A stretch of 64,000 nucleotides of DNA from positions 2,723-66,722 of the forward strand of contig CAZHMP010000004.1 in assembly GCA_964533595.1 (NCBI GenBank). Reading direction: 5' to 3'. Positions 1 to 14,393 of the stretch are shown here, in pieces (the first letter of the stretch is position 1; every line of letters starts with the position of its first letter). The notes beneath the pieces are model-generated. The model had not been told where the DNA came from and searched no databases. It saw nothing but the letters and a program-made list of their open reading frames with translations. Source of the DNA: an uncultured Acidimicrobiales bacterium. GTDB taxonomy: Bacteria > Actinomycetota > Acidimicrobiia > Acidimicrobiales > Aldehydirespiratoraceae. The position numbers were made by a program, and so were the translations under genes.

Positions 1-113
1 AGCTGGGCATTTCGGTGAGCGCAGCGAAAGTCAGGCTTCACAGGGCACGACGTCAGCTTCGCGAACAAGTGTTTCCCTTGCCGGGAGAGAGTGAGCAAAC
101 CAATGTCTCATGA
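1..113 (+). CDS. ECF-type sigma factor, C-terminal fragment (cut by window edge)
   Basis: Frame 3 reads LGISVSAAKVRLHRARRQLREQV, a sigma-70 region 4.2 HTH-like signature. Stop TGA 111-113 overlaps the downstream anti-sigma ORF. Confidence 0.55.
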   Translation, partial: LGISVSAAKVRLHRARRQLREQVFPLPGESEQTNVS

Positions 114-456
114 GCTTCGAGCCTGCGGCTCGGTCTCCGATGTGCTCGCCGAATACGGTGACATCGAGTTGTTGCCGGTGGCGGCACGGCGCCACGTCAA
201 CGAATGTTTGCGATGCCAAGCCGAACTTTCCGGATACCGCCGCCTGAGTCGCGGGTTGCGTGAACTCGCCTGTGTCCCGGTGGGAATAGACCCGGCTGTC
301 CACGGTCAGATTCTGGCCGGGCTCGACCGAATCGATCACCACACGAATCGACGATTGGCCAAGGCGACAGCTGCAACGCTGGGCGGGCTGGCCGCCGTTG
401 CGGGCGCAATCGTCGTGGCGTCACGACAAGTTCGAGCCACTCGACTCGCCGGTTGA
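91..456 (+). CDS. Zinc-binding (ZAS-type) anti-sigma factor, single C-terminal TM
   Basis: H-x3-C-x2-C motif (HVNECLRC) and a C-terminal hydrophobic helix AATLGGLAAVAGAIVVA. It overlaps the sigma factor stop. Start is GTG 91 or ATG 103. Confidence 0.6.
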   Translation: MSKPMSHELRACGSVSDVLAEYGDIELLPVAARRHVNECLRCQAELSGYRRLSRGLRELACVPVGIDPAVHGQILAGLDRIDHHTNRRLAKATAATLGGLAAVAGAIVVASRQVRATRLAG

Positions 457-527
457 TCGAATCGAATTGCCGGTCAGCCTGCCGGTCGATATTGAAATGT
501 CTGCTGCTAGCCTTGGGTGCCGTTCTC

Positions 528-600
528 AGGGGCGTGGCTCAATTGGTAGAGCACCGGTCTCCAAAACCGGCGGTTGCAGGTTCGAGTCCTGCCGCCCCTG
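528..600 (+). tRNA. trnW: tRNA-Trp (anticodon CCA)
   Basis: A 73-nt cloverleaf was folded by hand. Acceptor AGGGGCG/CGCCCCT, D arm GCTC/GAGC, anticodon arm CCGGT-CTCCAAA-ACCGG, T arm GCAGG-TTCGAGT-CCTGC. No encoded CCA. Classic position upstream of secE-nusG. Confidence 0.92.
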
Positions 601-651
601 CGAGATGGTGCCGCCGAGTGGTGGCCTAGCCGATAGTTCAAGGGATCTCAA

Positions 652-951
652 ATGTCGATGAACCGACAGCAAAAGAGAATGCTGCAAAAGCAGGGCGAGG
701 TCGACGCCGATGGCGCGCCCGTTCGCAAGCGTCGCCAGCCGACATCGTCTGCCCCGCCGCAGCAACGAACCAGTCCCGTTCAGTTCATCGGGGAGGTGCG
801 TGGTGAGCTTCGCAAGGTGGCTTGGCCGTCTCGTGCCGAGACGCTCAATTATTCAATTGTGGTTCTGGTCACCATCGTTGTTCTCACCGCGATGATTTAC
901 GGCCTCGACTGGCTCTTTTCGTCGTTGGTCCTCGACTTGTTCGCCAACTGA
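652..951 (+). CDS. secE: Preprotein translocase subunit SecE
   Basis: 99 aa with a basic N-terminus and the conserved ELRKVAWPSR..T motif followed by one TM helix. Lies between tRNA-Trp and nusG. Confidence 0.85.
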   Translation: MSMNRQQKRMLQKQGEVDADGAPVRKRRQPTSSAPPQQRTSPVQFIGEVRGELRKVAWPSRAETLNYSIVVLVTIVVLTAMIYGLDWLFSSLVLDLFAN

Positions 952-955
952 TCTC

Positions 956-1789
956 ATGCCAGAAGAAGAAGACATGAACGCCGAAGCTCCAGAGCCCACA
1001 GACACACCAGAGCCCACGGATGCACAAGAGCCCATCGAAACAGCCGAGGCTGAGCCGGTGGCCGAGGCTGATTCGTCATCGGCCGGCGAACCTGTGGCAA
1101 CCGAGATGGCTGCCGCTGGTTTGTCCAACGAGTGGACGGGACCGATCGGTTCGGTTGCCGTTGCCACCGAAGTCGTCGACGAGGATGCCCTCCTGACCGC
1201 CGACGATGAAGCCGAGGAAGAGGAGCCCTACCTGAGCCCCTTCGACAGGCCGGGTAAGTGGTATGTGGTCCACACCCAGTCGGGCTACGAGAAGAAGGTG
1301 AAGCGAAACATAGAGGCTCGCACCGAGTCGATGAACATGGATCATCGGATCTACGAGGTTCAAATTCCCACGCGTGAGGTCACCGAACTCAAGAACTTGA
1401 AGAAGGTCGTCAGCGAGAAGAAGTTGTTCCCCGGCTATTTGCTGGTTCGTTGTCGTCTCGACGACGACGCGTGGTACGTCCTTCGAAACACTCCTGGAGT
1501 CACCGGTTTCGTCAACCAGGGTGGAAAGCCTTCACCTCTCCGCCGACGCGATGTCGAGACGTTCTTGGGCCTGGAGGCGGAACGTCAGCGCGCCGCGGCC
1601 AAGAAGTCGAAGCCCATGTTCGAATACGGACTGGGTGAAACCATCAGAGTGGTCGAGGGGCCTTTTGCCGATTTCCTCGGCGAGATCATCGAAATCAACG
1701 AGGACCAACTCAAGGTCAAGGTCCTACTCAATATCTTCGGTCGGGAAACCCCGGTCGAGCTCGAGTTCGCGCAGGTCGCGCGACTCTGA
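956..1789 (+). CDS. nusG: Transcription termination/antitermination factor NusG with ~100-aa acidic N-terminal extension
   Basis: NGN domain [15 protein letters not shown] and C-terminal KOW ([18 protein letters not shown]). Conserved secE-nusG-rplK order. Confidence 0.95.
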   Translation: MPEEEDMNAEAPEPTDTPEPTDAQEPIETAEAEPVAEADSSSAGEPVATEMAAAGLSNEWTGPIGSVAVATEVVDEDALLTADDEAEEEEPYLSPFDRPGKWYVVHTQSGYEKKVKRNIEARTESMNMDHRIYEVQIPTREVTELKNLKKVVSEKKLFPGYLLVRCRLDDDAWYVLRNTPGVTGFVNQGGKPSPLRRRDVETFLGLEAERQRAAAKKSKPMFEYGLGETIRVVEGPFADFLGEIIEINEDQLKVKVLLNIFGRETPVELEFAQVARL

Positions 1790-1853
1790 GGTTGTGGCCG
1801 GCCACGGCCGCCGCCACACTGTTTCGTCCCCCCTTCTCTCAGGAACGCTAGTC

Positions 1854-2282
1854 ATGGCAAAAAAGCAGGTCACTGCTGTAGTCAAAATCCAGATCCCAGC
1901 CGGTCAGGCTTCTCCCGCGCCGCCGGTCGGCACTGCGCTCGGCCCGCACGGCGTGGCGATCATGGATTTCTGCAAGGCATACAACTCACGCACAGAAGAC
2001 AAGCGTGGTCAGATCATCCCGGTTGAGATAAGCATCTTCGAGGATCGAACATTCAGTTTCATCCTCAAGACGCCGCCGACGCCGTTCTTGATCTCCCAGG
2101 CAGCCGGCATCGACAAGGCGGCCAGCAACCCCGGCCGTGAGGTCGCGGCGTCGATCACCGATGCCCAAGTCGCCGAAATTGCGGAGATCAAGATGCCCGA
2201 TCTCAACGCCATCGATCTCGAAGGCGCCAAAGCTCAGGTTGCGGGCACCGCTCGTTCCATGGGAATCACCGTCGAAGGCTGA
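1854..2282 (+). CDS. rplK: 50S ribosomal protein L11
   Basis: [34 protein letters not shown]. The internal ATG at 1854 of ORF 1521..2282 gives the canonical 142 aa. Confidence 0.95.
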   Translation: MAKKQVTAVVKIQIPAGQASPAPPVGTALGPHGVAIMDFCKAYNSRTEDKRGQIIPVEISIFEDRTFSFILKTPPTPFLISQAAGIDKAASNPGREVAASITDAQVAEIAEIKMPDLNAIDLEGAKAQVAGTARSMGITVEG

Positions 2283-2390
2283 TTCAACTTTTCATTCACG
2301 GCACGTCCACCGACGGGCCGATCAGACAGATCCATCAACGTGACCGACCGGACGACCTCGCCGGCGGCACACTCACCAGAGGGAGCCATC

Positions 2391-3092
2391 ATGGCGAAAG
2401 GCAAGAATTACACCGACGCGGCGAAACGCTACGACCGCGACCACCAGCATTCCGATGAGGAGTCGGTGGCGTTGGCCAAGTCGCTCGCGTCAGCCAAGTT
2501 CGACGAGACAATCGACTTGGTGGTGAGGCTCGGGGTCGATCCCCGAAAGGCTGACCAGATGGTCCGCGGCACCGTCGCTCTTCCGGCCGGCACCGGAAAA
2601 GACATTCGAATTGCTGTCTTCGCCCAAGGCGAAGCAGCGACGGCCGCGCGTGAAGCCGGAGCCGAATTCGTCGGCGCCGACGACCTTGCTGCCGAAATCG
2701 AGGGGGGCATGACGGCCTTCGATCTGGCCATCGCCACCCCGGACATGATGCCGGTGGTCGGCAAGCTCGGCCGAGTTCTCGGTCCGCGCGGTTTGATGCC
2801 AAACCCGAAGACCGGCACCGTCACCCCCGATGTTGCCAAGGCAATCGGCGAGTTCAAGGGTGGCCGGGTCGAGTACCGCACCGACCGTTTCGCCAACGTG
2901 CACGTGCCGATCGGCAAGGCTTCCTTCACCGAAGAGGCCCTGCTCAGCAATCTTCGGGCAGTGTTCGGCGAGCTCGAACGAGTGAGGCCGGCCTCGGCCA
3001 AGGGCAGATATGTCCGCAAGGTGGTGGTTTCATCAACCATGGGACCCGGCGTTCGAGTCGACCCTGCCCTGATCGTCGGGGCCTCAGACTGA
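2391..3092 (+). CDS. rplA: 50S ribosomal protein L1
   Basis: MAKGKNYTDAAKRYD...VRLGVDPRKADQMVRGTV. ATG at 2391 within ORF 2340..3092. Confidence 0.95.
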   Translation: MAKGKNYTDAAKRYDRDHQHSDEESVALAKSLASAKFDETIDLVVRLGVDPRKADQMVRGTVALPAGTGKDIRIAVFAQGEAATAAREAGAEFVGADDLAAEIEGGMTAFDLAIATPDMMPVVGKLGRVLGPRGLMPNPKTGTVTPDVAKAIGEFKGGRVEYRTDRFANVHVPIGKASFTEEALLSNLRAVFGELERVRPASAKGRYVRKVVVSSTMGPGVRVDPALIVGASD

Positions 3093-3370
3093 TCCAAGAA
3101 TTTGCAATACGAATACCCGAGTAACACAACGGTGAGGCCGTTAGCCTCATCGTTCTACAACTGAAGATCTCGCTCACCGAAGACCTCCGGTGCGCTCATT
3201 ACGAGCACCAATGGGACTTGTCCCGCCGGAGTAGGAGGAGTCCCGTATCACCGAGCCGGTAATTCACGGTCAGGTTTCTCGAGGGCGTCCGCCTGTTTGG
3301 TGGGCGCCCGAGTGCGTTCTGCGCACATCAACAGTGCGCTTGTCGCACCCAACAGAAACAAGGAGGTGAA
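3093..3370 (+). promoter_or_regulatory. Candidate rplJ (L10) leader / autoregulatory 5'UTR
   Basis: A 278-nt non-coding gap precedes rplJ, where the L10-L12 autoregulatory leader lies in other bacteria. Contains complementary CTCCGG...CCGGAG segments and an AGGAGG SD before ATG 3371. Structure not verified. Confidence 0.3.
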
Positions 3371-4102
3371 ATGGGAGACCCGAGACCCGACAAAGTTGCG
3401 ATCGTCGAAGAGGTTCGCGACAAGCTGTCAAGCAGCGGCGGACTCATGTTGACCGAGTATCGCGGCCTCGATGTGCCGGCCATGGCCGAGTTGCGTCGAG
3501 CACTTCGCGAAGCAGGCAGTGAGTACAAGATCTACAAGAACACCCTTGTGCGATTGGCCGCTCGTGAGATCGGACTTGAAATTGACGAGTTGCTCACCGG
3601 GCCGACAGCTATTGCCTTTGTAGGCGAGAAGGCTGACGGAACACCTGGTGATGTCGCTGCTGCGGCGAAGGCGCTCAGAGATTTCGCCAAAGGCAATGAT
3701 GCTCTCGTTTTGAAGGGAGGCGTCCTCGACGACAAGCTGCTGAGCAGCGAAGACTTGAAGGCTTTGGCCAAACTTCCGTCCAGAGACGTTCTTCTCGCCC
3801 AGCTCGCTGGTGCGTTCCAAGCCCCGATCGCGAAGATGGCCGGCCTGCTGCAGGCCCTGCCTCGAGATTTCGCATATGGGCTGAAGGCGCTCATCGATCA
3901 GGGCGGTGCAGCCGATGCACCCGCCGAGACACCCGCCGAGGTTTCAGACGAAGCCGAGGCCACCGAAACACCCGCCGAGGTTTCAGACGAAGCCGAGGCC
4001 ACCGAAACCCAGGCGTCAGACGATGCCGAGACAAATCAAAAAGATGCGTCGACCGACGCTGACGACCAGGAGTCGGCTGACGCCGACCCACAGGAGGCCT
4101 GA
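3371..4102 (+). CDS. rplJ: 50S ribosomal protein L10 with acidic repeat-containing C-terminal tail
   Basis: [12 protein letters not shown]...[23 protein letters not shown]...YKIYKNTL. 243 aa, whereas my recollection of a typical L10 is ~170 aa. Confidence 0.92.
   Translation: MGDPRPDKVAIVEEVRDKLSSSGGLMLTEYRGLDVPAMAELRRALREAGSEYKIYKNTLVRLAAREIGLEIDELLTGPTAIAFVGEKADGTPGDVAAAAKALRDFAKGNDALVLKGGVLDDKLLSSEDLKALAKLPSRDVLLAQLAGAFQAPIAKMAGLLQALPRDFAYGLKALIDQGGAADAPAETPAEVSDEAEATETPAEVSDEAEATETQASDDAETNQKDASTDADDQESADADPQEA
3929..4006 (+). repeat. Perfect 39-bp tandem duplication inside the rplJ 3' end
   Basis: ACACCCGCCGAGGTTTCAGACGAAGCCGAGGCCACCGAA occurs twice head-to-tail (3929-3967 and 3968-4006). 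It encodes [13 protein letters not shown] x2. Confidence 0.9.
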
Positions 4103-4104
4103 TC

Positions 4105-4476
4105 ATGGCAACTAAAGAAGAAATCCTCGAATCAATTTCATCGATGACCGTTCTCGAGCTGAGCGAACTGCTCTCAGAGTTCGAAGAGAAGTTCGGCGTC
4201 ACCGCCGCCGCCCCTGCCGCCGTGGCTGCTGCCCCGGCTGCCGAGGCTGCTGCAGTCGAAGAGCAGACGGCATTTGACGTCGTTCTCATGGGTGCCGGCG
4301 AGAAGAAGATCCAAGTCATCAAAGAGGTCCGTGGCCTCACGTCCCTTGGCCTCAAAGAAGCCAAGGAGCTTGTTGACAACGCACCCAAGGCCGTTCTCGA
4401 AGGCGCTTCCAAGGAAGACGCCGAGAAGGCCAAGGAGGCCCTCGAGGCTGCTGGTGCCACAGTTGAGGTGAAGTAA
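4105..4476 (+). CDS. rplL: 50S ribosomal protein L7/L12
   Basis: [32 protein letters not shown], an Ala-rich hinge, and C-terminal [10 protein letters not shown]...[13 protein letters not shown]. Confidence 0.96.
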   Translation: MATKEEILESISSMTVLELSELLSEFEEKFGVTAAAPAAVAAAPAAEAAAVEEQTAFDVVLMGAGEKKIQVIKEVRGLTSLGLKEAKELVDNAPKAVLEGASKEDAEKAKEALEAAGATVEVK

Positions 4477-4546
4477 CACCTCTCCTTTGAACTATTCGGA
4501 TTGCCCGGAGTTGTTTCTTCGGATAATCCCGAGTTCGAAATTCTGC

Positions 4547-4578
4547 GGAGGCGACGACACCTTGGTGTCGTCGCCTCC
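4547..4578 (+). terminator. Strong GC hairpin after rplL (terminator/attenuator)
   Basis: GGAGGCGACGACA / TGTCGTCGCCTCC, a 13-bp perfect stem with a ~6-nt loop, 70 nt after the rplL stop. No clear U-tract. Confidence 0.55.
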
Positions 4579-4603
4579 TCGCGTCTCTGGTTAGTGTGCC
4601 GAC

Positions 4604-5593
4604 GTGCCGGAGCCGATTTCGAACCTCAATGTCGTGTCAGCGGGGGATGACTTGGTTGTCACTTGGCGGGGCGGCGATGAATCTGTGTCGGTTTTCGTGT
4701 CGTCTGATCCGGATGACGCCGGCGTCGACGTCTTTGCCCCGGAGTCGTCGGGGTTGGCAATCGTGCCCTCGGGCGGTGCGGCGAGACCGTACGTTCACCT
4801 GTTTGATCCGCGTAGGGGTTTTGTCGTGGGTGCAGAGCGCAGGATCGAAATGGACGGACCGCAGAACTTTCGCGATTTGGGCGGGTATCACTCGTCGGCG
4901 GGTGGCACTACTCGTTGGGGGCGAGCCTTTCGCAGCGACCGCCTCGACGCGATGACTGATGCCGACCGAGACCGGATTCTCGAACTCGGCGTCACGAAGG
5001 TCTTCGATCTGAGGGTCGACGCCGAAGCCGACGAGGCGCCGGACAATTTGCCTGCGGAAATCGAGTTGCTGCGTCTTCCCATGTCGAGTGACGGGGTTCG
5101 AGCTCGAACGATCATGGAACGGATCGAAGCCGGAGATCTCAAGAGCTTTGGCCAAGCGGAGATGTCCAATGGCTATCTGGTGATGCTCGACGAGTTCAGC
5201 AGCCATATCTCGCGTGTGATCACGGCAGTCGCCGATGGCGAGACGGTGTTGTTTCACTGCACAGCGGGGAAAGACCGCACCGGCGTGGTGGCAATGGTCC
5301 TCCTGGCGATGAGTGGCGTGGGAACGGGTGAACTTCTCGACGATTACGAGTTGACCAACAGGTTCGCTCCCCACCGCGGCGAGCAATTCTCGGCCGGACT
5401 CGTTGCATTCGGTCTCGATCCCACCGACTTCGAGACGCTCTGGACAGCCCCCAGGGGAGTGATGCGCACCGTGCTGAATGGCCTGCACGATCGGTGGGTG
5501 GACATAGACGGCTACCTGCGATTCGCCGGTGTGGAGAAGACGGTTTCGGATGCTGCCAGAGGTCGGATGTTGTATGACGAACATATTTCTTAA
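4604..5593 (+). CDS. Protein tyrosine/dual-specificity phosphatase-like protein (Y_phosphatase3-type)
   Basis: C-x5-R P-loop HCTAGKDRTG plus an upstream NFRDLGG motif. ~85-aa N-terminal extra segment. GTG start. Confidence 0.75.
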   Translation: MPEPISNLNVVSAGDDLVVTWRGGDESVSVFVSSDPDDAGVDVFAPESSGLAIVPSGGAARPYVHLFDPRRGFVVGAERRIEMDGPQNFRDLGGYHSSAGGTTRWGRAFRSDRLDAMTDADRDRILELGVTKVFDLRVDAEADEAPDNLPAEIELLRLPMSSDGVRARTIMERIEAGDLKSFGQAEMSNGYLVMLDEFSSHISRVITAVADGETVLFHCTAGKDRTGVVAMVLLAMSGVGTGELLDDYELTNRFAPHRGEQFSAGLVAFGLDPTDFETLWTAPRGVMRTVLNGLHDRWVDIDGYLRFAGVEKTVSDAARGRMLYDEHIS

Positions 5594-5605
5594 CCCATCA
5601 AGTCC

Positions 5606-5634
5606 TTGACCTCTCGCTCCTGAATCCGTACCCT
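5606..5634 (+). promoter_or_regulatory. Candidate sigma-A promoter upstream of rpoB
   Basis: TTGACC, a 17-nt spacer, then TACCCT (TANNNT-type -10), ~200 nt upstream of rpoB. Sequence match only. Confidence 0.25.
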
Positions 5635-5841
5635 TCGCGATTGTCAGCGCCGATTCAACGGCTCTGACGAGTGCACCGTCGGTTACCGACGGTGCAGGTT
5701 CAGGTTGCCCCGCCATGTCTGGCGCAGTAGCCTACGATCTACCGTGGTCGTGGTCGCGCCTGTTTCCAATCTCCCCAGATCGTTTACGCGCGCGTTCTTA
5801 GATTGCGGTCTTCATCTTTCGTGCGCCCAACGGGAGTCCAA

Positions 5842-8800
5842 GTGACCACACGCGCCGCTAATCGCGATCGCTATTCTTTCGGCAATCTTCCTGAGGTTCT
5901 ACCCCTCCCGGATTTGATTGAAATCCAACGAGAGTCGTTCAAACGACTTCTCGCAGAGGGTCTTGCCCAGACCTTCCGTGACATGTCCCCCATCAAGGAC
6001 TTCACGGAGACTCTGCAGCTCGAATTGGAGTTCGATCCCAACGATCCCGATCTCGAGCCGGTCCCGAAGTTCACCGTCGAGGAGTGCCGCGAGAAGGACA
6101 TCACCTACGCCGCGCCGATCTTCGTTCGCGCCCGCTTCATGAACGCCAACACCGGCGAGATCAAGGAGCAGACGGTTTTCATGGGCGACTTCCCCATGAT
6201 GACCGACAAGGGCACATTCATCATCAACGGAACCGAGCGTGTGGTCGTTTCACAGCTCGTCCGTTCTCCTGGTGTCATTTTTCAGCCTGGCGAACGATTC
6301 CGTTTGCGCAACTTGTCCAAGCACCAGTTGGTCACCGGCACCGTCCATCCCTACCGTGGCGAGTGGATCGAATTCGACGTCGAGCAGAAGCCCGGCAAAG
6401 ACGTCACAGCCGGTGCGCGTGTGGCCCGCAAGCGTCGCATCAGCTTGTTTGTGCTGCTTCGCGCCCTTGGCTACGACGAGGTCAGCCATCCCGGATTCCT
6501 CGAGCGCTACGTCCAGTATTTCGATTTCCTCGAGGGCCAGTGGGAAAAGGACAAAGAGCTTGCCCCCACCCAAGAAGAGGCACTGCTTGAGATCTACAAG
6601 CGGGCGCGCCCCGGTGAACCGCCAACGGTGGAATCGGCACGGTCGTATTTCCGAAACGCATTTTTCGAACCGCGTCGCTATGACCTGAGCCGAGTGGGCC
6701 GTCACAAGCTCAATCGCAAGCTCGGTCCCGAACTCGACTTCCTCGAGAATCAGTTTGGCTTGGATCTCGACCGCCCAGACCTCGACTCGCCCGTGTTGGC
6801 TCAGTGCGAGATGCTCGCCGCCACCACCTACCTGCTCAACTTGGCCAAGGCCGAACCCGGCTACCGCCTCGATGACCAGGATCATTTCGCCAATCGCCGC
6901 ATTCGGAGCGTTGGTGAGTTGATCCAGAATCAGGTTCGTATCGGTCTCAGTCGTATGGAGCGAGTCGTGCGCGAGCGCATGACCACCCAGGACGTCGAGG
7001 CAATAACGCCGCAGACCCTGATCAACATTCGTCCGGTGGTGGCAGCCATCAAGGAGTTCTTCGGAACCTCGCAGTTGTCGCAGTTCATGGACCAGGTCAA
7101 TCCGCTTTCGGGCCTCACCCATCGTCGTCGCCTCTCGGCACTCGGCCCGGGTGGTCTAAGCCGCGAGAGAGCCGGTTTCGAAGTTCGCGACGTCCACTTC
7201 TCCCACTACGGACGCATGTGCCCGATCGAGACTCCTGAAGGTCCCAACATCGGCCTCATCGGTGGTCTGGCCAGTTATGCCAGGGTCAATATTTTCGGCT
7301 TCATCGAGTCGCCCTACCGCAAGGTCGTCGATGGTGTCGCGACCGACGAGATCGTCTACCTCACAGCTGATGAGGAAGAAGAGTTCGTTGTCGCCCAGGC
7401 CAACGCCCGAATCGACGACAAGGGCCGCTTCCTCGACGACCGTGTGTTGGTGCGCCGCTCGCCTCAGGCAGCGTCTCTGCGTGACCTCCGACTGCAGTTG
7501 GAGCAAGAAGTGTTCTTCGGTGCCACCACCGAGATCTCTTCGGTGCCGCCCACCGAAGTCCAGATGATGGACATTTCGCCCAAGCAGATCATTTCTGTCG
7601 CCACCGCACTCATCCCGTTCCTCGAGCACGACGACGCAAACCGTGCGCTCATGGGCGCCAACATGCAGCGTCAAGCCGTTCCGCTGCTCAGGGCCGAAGC
7701 CGGCTACGTGGGCACCGGCATTGAGGAGCGTTGTGCTTTCGACGCGGCCGACATGCTGGCCGCCGAAGACGACGGCACCGTTGTGGAACTCGACGCCGAT
7801 CACATGGTGATCGACTACAAGAAACTCGGCACCAAGGCCATCAAGTTCCACAAGTTCGAACGATCCAACCAGGACACTTGCATCACCCAGAAGCCTCGTG
7901 TGCGTCAAGGTGACAAGGTCAAGAAGGGCGACGTCCTCGCCGATGGCCCGTCCACCGATGGCGGCGAGTTGGCTCTCGGGAAGAACCTCATGGTGGCGTT
8001 CATGCCTTGGCATGGCTACAACTTTGAGGACGCAATCATCCTTTCTGAGCGCTTGGTGAAGGACGACGTGCTCACGTCGATCCACATCAAGGAGCACGAA
8101 GTCGATGCCCGCGACACGAAGTTGGGGCCCGAAGAAATCACCCGCGACATTCCGAACCTGAGCGAGGAAATCCTCGCCGACCTCGATGAGCGAGGCATCA
8201 TTCGAGTCGGTGCCGAAGTCGGGCCGGGCGATGTGTTGGTCGGGAAGGTCACGCCAAAGGGCGAGACGGAGCTGACCCCCGAAGAACGGTTGCTCCGGGC
8301 CATCTTCGGCGAGAAGGCGCGTGAAGTTCGCGACACATCAATGAAGGTTCCTCACGGCGAGACCGGCAAGGTGATCGATGTCAAGGTGTTCGACCGCGAC
8401 GACGCTCACGAGCTGACCCCCGGAGTGAACCAACTCGTTCGGGTGTACGTCGCTCAGAAGCGCAAGATCAGCGTGGGCGACAAGCTCGCCGGCCGCCATG
8501 GCAACAAGGGCGTCATCTCTCGGATCGTTCCGATCGAGGACATGCCCTACACCGCCGACGGCCAGCAGGTCGACATCATTTTGAACCCGTTGGGCGTTCC
8601 GTCGCGGATGAACATCGGGCAGGTGCTCGAGGCTCATCTCGGCTACTGCGCGAGGTGGGGCTGGGAACTCGACGGCGACACCGTCGGCACCCCACCGGTC
8701 AGTGGCACCGAACGCAAGACGCGGCCCACAACTGCTCCCTCGACGTTCGTTGCCACGCCAGTGTTCGATGGTGCCAAGTGGGATGAACAGAACCTCGCCG

Positions 8801-9432
8801 GCGAGAAGCCGGTGATCGTCGACATTCTCAAGAACATCCATCCCGAGAGCGCCGACGGTGAGACCCGTCTCATCCAGGCCAACGGCAAGCAGGTCCTCTT
8901 CGACGGTGCTACCGGCGAGCCCTACGACAACCCGGTCATGACCGGGTATGTCTACATTCTCAAGCTCCACCATCTTGTCGACGACAAGATCCATGCTCGT
9001 TCCACCGGGCCCTACTCCATGATCACCCAGCAGCCGCTCGGTGGTAAGGCTCAGTTCGGTGGTCAGCGATTCGGCGAGATGGAGGTGTGGGCGCTCGAGG
9101 CTTACGGCGCTGCCTACTGCTTGCAGGAGTTGCTCACCATCAAGTCAGACGATGTGCTCGGCCGGGTCAAGGTGTACGAGTCGATTGTCAAGGGCGAGAA
9201 CATCCCGGAGCCGGGCATCCCGGAGAGCTTCAAGGTTCTCATCAAGGAGATGCAGGCTCTTTGCATCAACGTCGAGGTTCTCTCACGCGACGGTCAAGAG
9301 ATCGAGATGCGTGAGCTCGATGAGGAGACATTCCGCACGGTGGCTGAGCTGGGAATCGACCTGCAGCGCCCCGAGCGTGGAAGTGACGAAGAAGACGCAG
9401 CCCGCGCCGCCGCACGTGCGGCCCGCGCCTGA
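5842..9432 (+). CDS. rpoB: DNA-directed RNA polymerase subunit beta
   Basis: Full-length RpoB with many conserved blocks (e.g. [25 protein letters not shown]). GTG 5842 is preceded by GGGAG at 5-nt spacing. Alternative starts are TTG 5803 and GTG 5821. Confidence 0.97.
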   Translation: MTTRAANRDRYSFGNLPEVLPLPDLIEIQRESFKRLLAEGLAQTFRDMSPIKDFTETLQLELEFDPNDPDLEPVPKFTVEECREKDITYAAPIFVRARFMNANTGEIKEQTVFMGDFPMMTDKGTFIINGTERVVVSQLVRSPGVIFQPGERFRLRNLSKHQLVTGTVHPYRGEWIEFDVEQKPGKDVTAGARVARKRRISLFVLLRALGYDEVSHPGFLERYVQYFDFLEGQWEKDKELAPTQEEALLEIYKRARPGEPPTVESARSYFRNAFFEPRRYDLSRVGRHKLNRKLGPELDFLENQFGLDLDRPDLDSPVLAQCEMLAATTYLLNLAKAEPGYRLDDQDHFANRRIRSVGELIQNQVRIGLSRMERVVRERMTTQDVEAITPQTLINIRPVVAAIKEFFGTSQLSQFMDQVNPLSGLTHRRRLSALGPGGLSRERAGFEVRDVHFSHYGRMCPIETPEGPNIGLIGGLASYARVNIFGFIESPYRKVVDGVATDEIVYLTADEEEEFVVAQANARIDDKGRFLDDRVLVRRSPQAASLRDLRLQLEQEVFFGATTEISSVPPTEVQMMDISPKQIISVATALIPFLEHDDANRALMGANMQRQAVPLLRAEAGYVGTGIEERCAFDAADMLAAEDDGTVVELDADHMVIDYKKLGTKAIKFHKFERSNQDTCITQKPRVRQGDKVKKGDVLADGPSTDGGELALGKNLMVAFMPWHGYNFEDAIILSERLVKDDVLTSIHIKEHEVDARDTKLGPEEITRDIPNLSEEILADLDERGIIRVGAEVGPGDVLVGKVTPKGETELTPEERLLRAIFGEKAREVRDTSMKVPHGETGKVIDVKVFDRDDAHELTPGVNQLVRVYVAQKRKISVGDKLAGRHGNKGVISRIVPIEDMPYTADGQQVDIILNPLGVPSRMNIGQVLEAHLGYCARWGWELDGDTVGTPPVSGTERKTRPTTAPSTFVATPVFDGAKWDEQNLAGEKPVIVDILKNIHPESADGETRLIQANGKQVLFDGATGEPYDNPVMTGYVYILKLHHLVDDKIHARSTGPYSMITQQPLGGKAQFGGQRFGEMEVWALEAYGAAYCLQELLTIKSDDVLGRVKVYESIVKGENIPEPGIPESFKVLIKEMQALCINVEVLSRDGQEIEMRELDEETFRTVAELGIDLQRPERGSDEEDAARAAARAARA

Positions 9433-9473
9433 TACCAGCGACGACGAAGAACTAGGAACGGACCGGGAACAAA

Positions 9474-13406
<3,933 letters not shown>

Positions 13407-13549
13407 CGGTGTGCTTGGCTGCACCTGCGATCCTCGTCAGGGAGGGTTGAGGTTCGGCCAAGCCGGTCGTATGCTTCTCCGCCGGCCATTTCGCGCGACT
13501 GTCTACGCGCCACCGTGCCCATATCGAGATCAAACCTAAGGAATTTTCA

Positions 13550-13921
13550 GTGCCCACAATCCAGCAGTTGGTCCGCAAGGGCCGTCAGTCGAAGCGACGC
13601 AAGGAGGCCACCCCCGCTCTGAAGGGCGCCCCTCAGCGCCGCGGCGTGTGCACCCGTGTCTACACAGCCACCCCCAAGAAGCCGAACTCGGCTTTGCGCA
13701 AGGTGGCCCGCGTTCGCCTCACCAGCGGCGTGGAAATCACTGCCTACATCCCGGGGGAGGGACACAACCTCCAAGAGCACTCCATCGTGTTGGTGCGCGG
13801 TGGCCGTGTGAAGGATCTTCCCGGTGTCCGTTACAAGATCGTTCGCGGCACGCTTGATACCTCCGCTGTGCGCGACCGCAAGCAGGCCCGTAGCCGTTAC
13901 GGCGCCAAGAAGGAAGGCTGA
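13550..13921 (+). CDS. rpsL: 30S ribosomal protein S12
   Basis: [11 protein letters not shown]...[10 protein letters not shown]...[17 protein letters not shown] start. Confidence 0.97.
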   Translation: MPTIQQLVRKGRQSKRRKEATPALKGAPQRRGVCTRVYTATPKKPNSALRKVARVRLTSGVEITAYIPGEGHNLQEHSIVLVRGGRVKDLPGVRYKIVRGTLDTSAVRDRKQARSRYGAKKEG

Positions 13922-13922
13922 C

Positions 13923-14393
13923 GTGCCTCGTAAAGGTCCGGCTCAACGCCGCGAACTTCGTCCCGATCCGATTCACAATTCGGTTTTGGTCACCCAGTTC
14001 ATCAACAAGATTCTCCAGCGCGGCAAGCGGAGTCTTGCCGAGCGCATCGTCTACGACGCTCTTTCAATTGTCGAGACCAAGACCGGCACCGAGCCGGTGA
14101 GCGCTCTCAAGAGGGCCGTCGACAACGTCCGTCCCCAGCTCGAGGTTCGCAGCCGTCGAGTAGGTGGCGCCACCTATCAGGTCCCCGTCGAGGTGCGCCC
14201 GCGTCGCGCCACCACCCTCGCCGTGCGGTGGCTGGTGGGATATTCCCGTGACCGCCGCGAGCGCACGATGGCCGAACGCCTCGCCAATGAAATCCTCGAT
14301 GCCAGCAACGGCATTGGTGGTTCCGTGAAGCGGCGTGAAGATCTTCAGAAGATGGCGGATGCCAACAAGGCCTTCGCCCACTACCGCTGGTAA
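13923..14393 (+). CDS. rpsG: 30S ribosomal protein S7
   Basis: [19 protein letters not shown]...[18 protein letters not shown]...[13 protein letters not shown] 13923 lies just after the rpsL stop. Confidence 0.95.
   Translation: MPRKGPAQRRELRPDPIHNSVLVTQFINKILQRGKRSLAERIVYDALSIVETKTGTEPVSALKRAVDNVRPQLEVRSRRVGGATYQVPVEVRPRRATTLAVRWLVGYSRDRRERTMAERLANEILDASNGIGGSVKRREDLQKMADANKAFAHYRW

Noticed and set aside
1521-2282. Long N-terminally extended ORFs in the track: 1521 (rplK), 13824 (rpsG), 14463 (fusA), 27717 (rplF), 28292 (rplR), 32062 (infA), 34860 (rplQ), 36054 (rplM), 37115 (glmM), 42376 (nnr), 57226.
   Set aside because: The extensions overlap the upstream gene in another frame or lack conservation. 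Internal starts that restore canonical N-termini, often with an SD or stop-start overlap, were used instead.
3929-4006. Direct repeats considered as a possible CRISPR or minisatellite.
   Set aside because: There are only two contiguous copies with no spacers, they are in frame inside rplJ, and no cas genes are present. This is a coding tandem duplication, not a CRISPR array.
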